In this document: positions 54,010-64,000 of the stretch, piece after piece
Numbering within the stretch: the stretch's first letter is position 1
Layout of the letters: every line of letters begins with the position of its first letter
Origin: Octopus vulgaris
Lineage: Eukaryota
Assembly (NCBI GenBank): GCA_951406725.2
Contig: OX597819.1
Location: 66,898,001-66,962,000 of the forward strand
Length of the DNA: 64,000 nucleotides
Direction of reading: 5' to 3'
The notes under the pieces: generated by a model
What the model saw: the letters and a program-made list of their open reading frames with translations, nothing else
Told to the model about the DNA's origin: nothing
Databases searched by the model: none
Position numbers and translations under genes: made by a program

Positions 54010-55400
54010 GCCTGATTTGAAAATGAGGTTCCATTTCTTTCTATTTGTTTATTCTGTTGTTCTTCCAAGGTTTATTCTATTGTTATTCTCTATGACTATT
54101 CCTACTATGTCGATCACTTTTGTGCAATCTCTGGTTACTGATAATATTTTTTCTTAACTCTGGACAATAATTTTTCAGACTCAGTATCGCAGCATTAACA
54201 ATGCCTTCGGCCTTTGATAATCCTCTGCCTCTTTTCTTTCTTCACAGGCAAGGTTGTTGGGTGGTTCTTCTTGGTTGGAGTACATTATGCATTGTGAGCA
54301 ACTTTTTAGTTCTTTTATCCAATTTCTGTACCTCGAACGTTGTCCATTTCAGCAAGGGAGCAGAATTTATCAGTAAGGGGACCAGCCCATGTATTTATGG
54401 CTTAATTAGAATTCTCTCCATTTAGTTTCGTTTCGACCTTCATAATTCTCTTGTACTCTTCAGATACTTTCTCTCTTATTTCTCTTTCCGTTATCCTATT
54501 GTCTAACACTCAGTATTCCACAGCGATAAAATGATGTTGCAATGTGGTTAGTTTATGCCAGAAGACATTACCTTCTGGCTTTTCTTTATAATTAGTACTG
54601 TGCACTTAAGTAGCCCAAACTCCATTCCAATACCTTTACTGCATACCATCATTGGTTGGATTAAAATATCAAGGTTTGTCGTACGTTTTCTCTATAACTT
54701 ATGGTGTCTTTACAAAATAGGTGATTTATACTCATCATGAGTTTTGTAGATACATAGACAAGCCTGGATTTTCTCCGTATACTTGTAAGGAAGGACGAAG
54801 AATAACGGAGAGAGTGAGTCTCCTTGTAAAGTGTATACTCTCAAGTTGCCTTGTGATTCAATTGCACACGTCAGTTCTACTTACACCTTCTTCAACGTGC
54901 TGTTTGACTTCTCATCGAATCCGATATGGGATTGAGGGCATTTCGTTGGGATGTTAACCGAGAATGTGGCTTCCAAGCAACAGAAAACAACACGAGCCAG
55001 AAGCTGTGATAGAAAATGAGAACTACAAGATCATGTGGGATTTCCTTACGAAAAGTGACCACAACTATTGAAGCAAGACGACAAAATATGATCGGTAAAA
55101 TGAGCAAAGAATGTAATTTCATACATTTTGCATCCCTTAAGATATCAGAGTCGACTCAAAAGACACTGAAGAAATTGGAATAGATTAAAACCTAGCCAAA
55201 GACTTCAAAAGACAGAGAAATCCAGAACAATCATTCCTGTAGTAACTGAGATACTTAATACGACACAGAATGTTGCCTGAAAGATTGAAAATGATTGGAA
55301 TTGAAACTCACATCGTAGACCTCCAGAAATAGTTCCATCCTGTACTCTGAAAGAATCCTAAGGACGATTCTTAAGGTTTTAGGAGACTTGTTGTAACCAA
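54010..55400. mobile_element. Old Dong/R4-type copy with RT on the minus strand (about 54010-54900) and RLE on the plus strand (about 54930-55400)
   Basis: Minus: LQGDSLSPLFF, INHLF, IGMEFGLLKC, AINTWA, KLDKRTKKLLTMH, RGL. Plus: HEPEAVIENENYKIMWDF, IEARR, RILR. Confidence 0.8.
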
Positions 55401-56489
55401 ACGTCAAGATAAAGTGCCTGCTAAATAAATTAGCATGCACTAGCCTAACAAAAATGAGGATGTATATTGCTTGAGAAAATGGTAATAGAAAAATGTAACA
55501 GAGAGCCTTAATATAGCAATTCAAAATGAAGCACTAGTAACAAACAATTTGAGATAGTATGCGTATGGTGAGAAGATATGGAGGCATGGCCAATATACAT
55601 GAAGTTGGAAGTTAGGGGTTTGTCATAAATGGGGGTTTGTAATGGGAACCACTTGGTATAATCGTAAAAAGCGTACTTGAGACGAAAACATTCGAAGATT
55701 TTATCCTATTTTCCATTTTAAAAGGATACGAGATAGAGAAATTACCAATTATATTGACTCCCTTACATAAGTGGTACTTGCGTTATCCAAGATAGAATAA
55801 TAAATGATCATTCTTTAAAGACATACTTTAACAAATTCCGTTGCAGGTTAGAAACTTATCTAAGTTGGAATAATGCAGAGGCATTACTTAGAGAACTGTA
55901 GAGAATCAGAGGGATTTCTGCTGTAAAAGTACATATTAAATCGAATTAACTGTATTTATAAATGAATAGAATTTTAAAAGATAGCTGTGTCTTGAAAAAG
56001 GATGAAAAATATAGACTTCTAGTTCAAGGCAATATGGATAACGCACGAGAAATATGTGTGTATATGTATAAAATGCTTAGGGAACTGATAATAATGAAAT
56101 GCGATTCGGAAACGGCAATGGAATATTCAATGCAGAGCAACCATACAAAACGGAGATTTAGAAGAAATTCCTTATAAAACACTAACAGATGAACAGTTAA
56201 TGAAATGATAGCGTGTATAGAATATGAAAATTCAATATGTTTATAGCTGTGACAGCCGACTTACACTGGTATAAATTCTAATTCGCTTTGAATTGCTCTT
56301 AAGCTTTAAACAATGTGTGCGTGTGTGTGTGTGTGTAAAAGAAAATGAGATGAAAAAGAATAAAATTGTATCATATCACCTTCATGTGTATACAGCTGTT
56401 ACTGCTATTAGATGCAGTGGACTCATAGTTGAGTGCCTGAATATCACTTTATAGCTATATTGGAGCCTCGAATATGATGTGTAGTTTAA

Positions 56490-57833
56490 TTGGTTCATGA
56501 GGGTATCAATTATTCTTTTGTCCTCTCATTTTGCTTAGAAAACAGAATTTACTCCCGATTATTAGCCTCGAAATGGCCAAGTGAAATACATATCTACAGA
56601 GTGCGTAAGATATTTGAGGACAGATTTATGTTGATAAAAAAAGAAAACAGATATGTAATAACAGATAATCAACTTATTTATCAAATAAGGTATGGGGATA
56701 AAAATAAACCTTCTTTTCTATAATGTTATTCAGTAAACTCATTTTCAGCTTCAAAAACTGCTTCTATATCAGATCTAAATTATCTACATGCTCGAATCAA
56801 GTGGTCCCTGTTCATTTTGAAAGCAACTATGGCAGCTTTCAAAGAATCATCAGTATTAGAGGTGTCTTCATTGACATCTCTCTCTACAACGCTCGATATG
56901 TAATAATGCAATGGGGAATTAGGTGGCCAAATATTAGGGGTTATGTGATCTTGAAAATTTTCAGCCATCCATTCCTGTGCTAATAGAGCCATGATTGATA
57001 GTGCAGAGTCTTACTGAAACACATATGGCTTCCATTGCATACACTATCTATCCACGTATTAACAATTATTTGCAGTACCTCAATGTATGCGGCAGAGTTA
57101 ACTCTAAGTCCTCGTGGAAACAAGTAATGTGGCATCACATATCTTTCATTGCCGTCAACTACTAAAACCATGACTGTTGCAGGAAAGTTTGTACGAACAA
57201 CACTAGGAACTTCAGACGTGTCTGCACATAACTCTCTGTCATTTCTTCTGTTAACCTTTTGAACTTGGTCGAAGTTTTTCTCGGTTGAGGAAACCAAATC
57301 AAAGCTACTATTGTTGGATTTTTCAGTTGTTTAAGAAACTTTTAGATCTGATGCAGTGATTTTCTTATGCTTTTTCTGACAAACTGACTTTTCCTCATCA
57401 TATAAGACTTATATCTGATGTATTCGTGGACAACATTTCTGAGTGTTCCTTCTGACATATGGAGATCTTTTGCAATTGACCTCATGGATTTCTGGGACTG
57501 TAACCAATGGCCTGTTGAACTCGCTGGAAGAATTCAAGTGTTCTGATAGGTTCAGGAGTGTTCAGAATGCATTTTTATACTTTGATACTGGTGAAACGTT
57601 TCCATCTTCACTCTCTAGCTATTTTTAAACTTTGTAGACGAAAGATCTGGAAACTTTTAAAAATCGAAATACTTTTAAATCGCCATGCTCAACCTTCATA
57701 ACCACAATAACAGCATGCCTCTTCATTTCTTGCGTAAACTGAGGGCCTGCCATTATTATTTTCTAAAACAAAGATTATGCAGACTTAGCAAAAAATGCAA
57801 CAATGACCACAAAAAAATATATATACCTTCATG

Positions 57834-57838
<5 letters not shown>
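56490..57838 (-). mobile_element. Decayed Tc1/mariner transposon (maT/DD37D-like), about 1.35 kb, with degenerate TIRs
   Basis: Peptides EKNFDQ..NRRNDR, TNFPATVMV, GLRVNSAAYIEVL, QEWMAENF..WPPNSP, SLKAAI and FRSRIEAV. The ends share CATGA(A/G)GGTAT..TTTTGT..CATTTT..GCT(T/A)AG in inverted orientation. Confidence 0.85.
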
Positions 57839-57886
<48 letters not shown>

Positions 57887-58399
57887 TCTATATATATAAA
57901 ACTGTAGTTGTGTGAGTGTCTGTCTCCTACGATTTAGATTCCTAACTCCTCCCACATTTTGCGGTGCAGTTTAACTAAATTCGGGTATCTTATAGTCGTG
58001 ATTAATATCGAGCCCGTCTCGCTATTAGCGCGCGTCTACGATGAGTCTACGATTTTAAAAATAATTTAACATCATTTTTTATTCCATTTTAATGCATAAT
58101 TTTTCGTGTGTCGATGGCGGCGGAGTTGGCGGCCATGGTCACACCTGCACCTGTTTGCTTCTCCCCCTTCTTCCCTCCCTCGTGAAGTTATGGGGAAGGG
58201 AGTTTAAGGAAATCAACGTCGTAATGCGTTGTCAAGGAGACCAGCGTTCTTTTAGAACAACGACTTCATGGTTTGAAGACACCAAAACAGAAATGGCTAA
58301 GAAAGCCCGAATTGGCATCTATAAAGGAAGTAACTCTCTAAAAATGCTTATATAGTTATTTCCCTTACAAACCCGAGCAACGCCGGTCGATACTGCTAG
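57887..58399 (+). mobile_element. Non-autonomous Helitron
   Basis: A|TC 5' end, subterminal GC-rich CCCGAGCAACGCCGG hairpin-like motif, CTAG|T 3' end, no TSD. Confidence 0.8.
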
Positions 58400-58445
<46 letters not shown>

Positions 58446-58859
58446 AAATATATATATATATAATTATGTATTTTTAAAAACATATATATGTATATATCTG
58501 TGTGCTTGTGTGTGACTGTGGGGGTACCTGTACGTGTGTTTATGTTTGTGTCTAATGTGCCTGCATAAACTTACGAGTCCACAATTTATTGTATCGTCCT
58601 TATATGTAACGCACAACCAATGCAACCCAAATGGGAGTATTGTGCTATTTGTAATAAAGCTTTATTTGTTGGACAATAAACTCTGCTGCGGTTTTTATGT
58701 TTCCTTTTCTTCTGGACTTAAATTATTGACATCCTAAGATCGAATATCAGACAATCTTTATGATCATATAATTTTACTCTTGTAGCCTCCAAACACTCTA
58801 GATTTAAATTCTATTCATTACTCTTTTTGGAGCAGTTTAAAAATGGAGACTAATCTATA

Positions 58860-59338
58860 TGCTCACAACATTATACTACTATAATAACAAATGCTTCTAC
58901 ACCATACGGAGACATTTGTAGAGGGCGAAAAAATAGCATCTACTAAGCAAGCAACTCTAGACTTGTTTTTGAAAAGAAATCTACATGTCCGTCTACGAGT
59001 GCTTGTGAATCGGTGATCGCGTCTACAAGTGATGGTGTGTGCGAGACTAGTGTGAGTGAAAGTGATTGAGAAAATGATTATAATAAAAATATATTTCATT
59101 ATAAATGATCTTGACATTCTTATTACTTTTCTTTACATAAAATATTCTTTATATTCTACTGTTGTATATTGCCATTTATTGATGGTTGTTATAAATTTTA
59201 TGGGTAAAATTATTTGCTGGGAACGAATTACGATTTATAACATTGTTACTATGGGAAAATATTTCTATGCTTTACGATTGTTCCCTTTATGAGAGACCTC
59301 CGACAAGAAGTTAACTCGTATATCGAGGTATTATTGTA
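58860..59338 (+). mobile_element. Tigger/pogo 3' fragment
   Basis: Peptide KQATLDLFLK (PIP-box-like C-terminus typical of pogo transposases) and Tigger-like terminus CTCGTATATCGAGGTATTATTG-TA. Confidence 0.6.
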
Positions 59339-59861
59339 GTTTCAACGATAACTGGCAATAAAATAATTACTATTTGTAAATCTCTCAACGAGAGATATTT
59401 AGCAACAGTACTTTGGAGTAACGATTATTTGCCAACATAATATGGCAGTGATTGTTTAGGACGAATGTTGCTGTAATTTAGCCGCAGGAGACATCGTCTC
59501 CAGCTGGCTATACGACACGATCTGTACCCTTATATTTCCCATGGTGCCGTCTCCAATTGCAGCCCATTTCTCGAATGTACCTATTTGCGTACAATATATT
59601 CATTACACCTCTGTTCATTTGACTGTCAAACATATGTTGGGTCATGTTACACGCATCGTTGACCGCTTCAAAGACGAGTATATCCATTGACAGCTTTGCG
59701 GTGGGTTCAAAAATGACATACCCACCACACCCAATTTTTCCTGATAGGTTAGGATATGGAATCCTTGAAACAGACTTACTACATGTCGATTAGTCCGAGT
59801 AGACCATCATTTATTCCACAAATATTTTGTCAATGCTGCACTTTCCCTGTTCGATATTATT

Positions 59862-59945
<84 letters not shown>

Positions 59946-60157
59946 ATAATATACATATATATTTATATATATATATATATATATATATTTACACATACAC
60001 ACACACGCACACACACATATATATATATATATAATATTAGGGAGTATGGCTCCAAACTTACAGGGAAAAATTGGATTTAGTATTAAATCAAATTAGTGGT
60101 TTTATCTCTAATTCATATTATATATACATATATATATAAATATATATATATATATGT

Positions 60158-60483
60158 TGACCCCCTTCGGTCACGACACTGACCATGGGATTGCACCTAG
60201 AAAGTTACCCTCCTAGTCACAAGTCTGGGCAAGGTTGTTTATAGAAGACCAGCAGTCTCCCATGCATACCGGTCTCCCCTCTCCACGCCACCAGTGTTAT
60301 CCAAGGGAAAGGCAACGGCCGATACAGCTTGGCACCTGTGACGTCGCAACTCATTTCTACAGCTGAGTGAACTGGAGCAACGTGAAATAAAGTGTCTTGC
60401 TCAAGAACACAACACGCAGCCCGGTCTGGGATTCGAGCTCACAACCTCACGATCGTAAGCTCGACGCTCTAACCATTGAGCCA
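60158..60483 (-). mobile_element. SINE family C, near full length
   Basis: Minus-strand tRNA-like head TGGCTCAATGGTTAGAGCG..GCTCGAATCCC, then GTTGTGTTCTTGAGCAAGACACTT; homologous to 33585-33865. Confidence 0.85.
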
Positions 60484-60503
60484 TTTTAACTATACCATTT
60501 TAA

Positions 60504-60533
60504 TCCGGAGCAACGCCGGATATCTCTGCTAGC
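60504..60533 (+). mobile_element. Isolated Helitron-type 3' terminus
   Basis: CCGGAGCAACGCCGGATATCTCTGCTAG, the same motif as at 58372-58399 and 62948-62974. Confidence 0.6.
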
Positions 60534-61407
60534 ATGTGATATACTATAAAAATATAATCTATGTAACACCAATTTTTAAAACTTTATATACAACAGTTTA
60601 TTTGCTAAAACTTTTATATACACAAGTCTCCTCAGGCCCTTGGTTCAAAAGACAGATGAAATACCATGTAAAGGATAGCCAAACTGCAAAATATACAGAT
60701 CAATTATTGAACAGTTTGTGTTATTGAACAGTTTGTATTGTGACTAAAGATTTGTTATTTTAAAGAGTATATTAATGTGGATATCTGAAAATGCTTTAGT
60801 GGATTAATTTATAATATTTCGTATAAAGTACCAATGAAATTATTTGTTTTGACAGTAAAATAAAGCATTATATACGTAGTTAAATTTACGTAATAAATTT
60901 CAAGTACGCTATCTTCATTATACTAAATAATTATACATTTATAAATATATAAATTGATTTATTCATTAATTAATGAAGATAATAAAAAATAAGTGAATGT
61001 TTTTATATAATGCCATATTGTGATCAAAAAATTTTATATTGCAAGTATGTATTCCCGGTTATTTTTCTCTAGCTAATTAATTTATAAATATATAAGCTTT
61101 CATTTACTCTGATAAATCGATTTAGTATACAGCTATTGCCTTAATCTAATTTCGTTCCTTCTCATAGTCTGCGTAAAAATATAAATTAAAATATGATATA
61201 CTTTTATTTATAATCTATTTTCTCTCTATCTAAGATATGATAAAGTCTATAATTATCGTAACTCTATGTTTCTGTTTATTTTTTACGGAGTTTTCCCACT
61301 CCTAAACTGAGTAATTCGGACGTTTTACCTGTTAGTTACTTAGAATATCGTTTATATCAGTAACAATAAATATACGTGAATAATTATTATACATTATATT
61401 ATATTAT

Positions 61408-61456
<49 letters not shown>

Positions 61457-61524
61457 ATTAATCATCCATATTTGAAAGTGTATACGTATATATATTTATA
61501 TAGAATAAAAAATATTGGATTAAC

Positions 61525-61758
61525 ATATTCTATTTCTGTCTGTCTGTCTCTGTGAGTCCCTAAAACGTGAGAACTACAGAACCAATTTCCTTCAAAATTT
61601 ACACATACCTTACTTAGGGTCCAAGGGGTGTCATGGGCAAAAACTGTTTAAATTTTTGCTTAGGGCGAGCCCACAGCAATATCATATCTTCTCCCCTATT
61701 TCAGTATTGTTTTAAAAGTGAAACAAAAGCATCTCTCTATTGTATGTAAATGAATGTT

Positions 61759-61806
<48 letters not shown>

Positions 61807-62409
61807 TGTATATATATACATGTATATGTATAGCTGTATATGTATACATGTATATGTATAGATGTATTTCTATAGATATACATGTATATGTAAACATATA
61901 TGTCTAGATGTATGTATAGATGTACATGTAATATGTACACATATATATACAAGCATACATATATACACCCATACACACACACCGAGCCACCCACCCTCAC
62001 ACACACACATATACATAGGTGCAGGTTTGGCTGTGTGGTAACAAACTTGGTTCCAAAACACATGGTCCTCAGTTCAGTCCCACTGTGTGGTAACTTGGCA
62101 TGTGACTTCTGCTATAGCCTCGGACCAACCAAAGCCTGGTCAGTGGATTTTGTAGACAGAAACTGAAAGAAATCAATAGTATGTATATGTATGTGTATAT
62201 GTAAGTTTATGTGTGTCTCTTCGTGTTTCTCCCTCATCACTGCTTCACAGCTAGTGTTCGTTTATTTACATCTCCATAACTTACTGGTTTCACAAGAAGA
62301 AACTGATAGAATAAGTACCAGGCTTATCAAAATATAAAAAAGCACTACGAAGTGTCTCATATTTTTGTTTGTGTGTATGTGTGTGTGTGTATACACACAT
62401 ATATATATG

Positions 62410-62471
<62 letters not shown>

Positions 62472-62974
62472 ACATAGTTCTTGAACCGGTACTTCAAGTA
62501 ACGACTAGGGTAGGGTAACTGACTGCTTATTGTGATCATTCGTCTTTTGGTTTCCTGTAGCTTTGCTCTCTTTTACAACCCCAGTGAACATATATTTCCT
62601 ATTTCAAAGAAATTCAAACAATAGATATAAGTCCCAAGTTTAAAACATTTTCAACAATTCAACTTCTCTAGTTGACATTTAGATGCCCACCCCCAACAGG
62701 GGCCTTAACTCTCACAATTTAGAGCTCCATGACCTTCATTTTTTAGGAGCAAAATATTTTTAACAGGTTCAATAACACTGGAAAAAAACCAGTAGTATGG
62801 GATACATGTGTCACGATTACAAATTTTTTAGGGTGTGTAAAGAGGGAAATAACCCTCATCTGCAATTTTGATGAAATCTGAAACATAGATACTCCAGTTC
62901 ATTACAGAAAATATAACAGAAAAGTCTAATTCTTCAATTGAATATAACCGTGCAACGCCGGGTATCTCTGCTAG
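61525..62974 (+). mobile_element. Probable non-autonomous Helitron with nested SINE B and microsatellites
   Basis: 5' part has (TGTC)n then GAACCAATTTCCTTCAAAATTTACAC, typical of such elements; 3' end CCGTGCAACGCCGGGTATCTCTGCTAG|T. Continuity between the two ends is not proven. Confidence 0.5.
62018..62335 (+). mobile_element. SINE family B, older copy
   Basis: GGTGCAGGTTTGGCTGTGTGGTAA..GTTCAGTCCCACTG..GATAGAATAAGTACCAGGCTTA. Confidence 0.85.
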
Positions 62975-63881
62975 TATATTATGAAAATGGCCAGTGATTA
63001 TTTTCGATTTGAATACATTTAGATTGATATTCTTGAATATATATAAAAACAATTTATGACCGTTATAAATTTTATTTGCTAAAGTATTTTTATCCATTTG
63101 AATTTTGTTCTTCTTTCGTTGTGCTTATTTTATAGACCTACAGTATTTATACGATTTGTAATATTTTATATTTTTAGACTTAGAGATTTTATTCTTATAA
63201 ACGTTTCTAACCGCCTTGTTTGCATGCAAAGGATGAATTTTCTTTTGCTTTTCTATAATAAGCGACCTATTTATTATTATTTTTATTTTTGATCCCTCAC
63301 TAACTTGCCCAAATCAGTAAAGCCGCCAAATCAGCAAAGCCTATTTTTTATGCAATTTCTGAAAAAAAAAACAGTTTTTGTAATCCTTACATATTGTAAA
63401 CGATAAAAAATATTCCATGTAAATTGGATTCATAAATGTATTTACATATTTATTATTTATTATTTGAATTTTAACGCTCACGCTTCTAAACATAGTTATT
63501 TTGAATTAGTATATATTCGCAATTTGTCTGTCCTTTACATGGAATTTCGTCTGCCTTTTGAACCAAGGACCTGAAGAGATTTTTATACACAGTTATAAGA
63601 TCTTGTAAATCAAAGAATGTATACAAGTCGAAGAAACTGTTGGATTTATAAGTTGCCTTTTAAAAATTTTGTTATGTTGTATTACATATATTTTATTACA
63701 TTTTTTTATATTACATTATACTATATTATAATATAAATAAATTGATAAGTTGTCGATAGTACTTCTGTATTTCATTTAATATTTCTATTTTATACTTGAT
63801 ACCCCCTTGTCTCTGCGGTATTCAATTGCTGCACCAGTGCGTTGCGTATTTTACATCTCTCTGAAGGGTTTTTTCTTTGTT

Positions 63882-63883
63882 TA

Positions 63884-63936
<53 letters not shown>

Positions 63937-63983
63937 ATTATTATTATTATTATTATTATTGTTATTATTATTATTATTATTAT
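63882..63983. repeat. (ATT)n microsatellite
   Basis: Directly visible. Confidence 0.95.
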
Positions 63984-64000
63984 ATATGTCTCTGCTTCTT

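Larger units (their letters stand above)
60555..63690. repeat. Pair of ~150-180-nt inverted repeats (60555-60700 and 63510-63690)
   Basis: CTCAGGCCCTTGGTTCAAAAGACAGATGAAATACCATGTAAAGGA compared with the reverse complement of the right arm, TTCAGGTCCTTGGTTCAAAAGGCAGACGAAATTCCATGTAAAGGA. Confidence 0.85.

Noticed and set aside
60425-60483. tRNA-like sequence on the minus strand
   Set aside because: It is the head of SINE family C and continues into the SINE body; no complete acceptor stem.

Overview
AT-rich eukaryotic (animal) non-coding DNA, densely packed with microsatellites and transposable elements. The repeat repertoire resembles what I recall from coleoid cephalopod (Octopus-like) genomes; this is an inference. 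No host gene can be called with confidence, and almost all ORF-track entries are microsatellite translations; there is one weak 120-nt exon candidate at 41173-41292 (-). Recognisable elements are: (1) a near full-length but inactivated CR1-group LINE (8891-13351) whose ORF1 has an unusual Myb/SANT-like + polyQ + two-CCCH-finger layout; (2) at least seven pieces of R4/Dong-type RLE retrotransposons, the best preserved sitting in (TAA)n, including a tandem pair and one copy with a 5'-inverted RT; (3) a Penelope-like RT fragment and four hammerhead-ribozyme-like motifs; (4) a decayed Tc1/mariner (maT-like) element, Tigger/pogo fragments, non-autonomous Helitrons and an RTE tail; (5) three tRNA-derived SINE families with about 25 copies; (6) two long inverted duplications. 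Boundaries were read by eye and are approximate for decayed elements.
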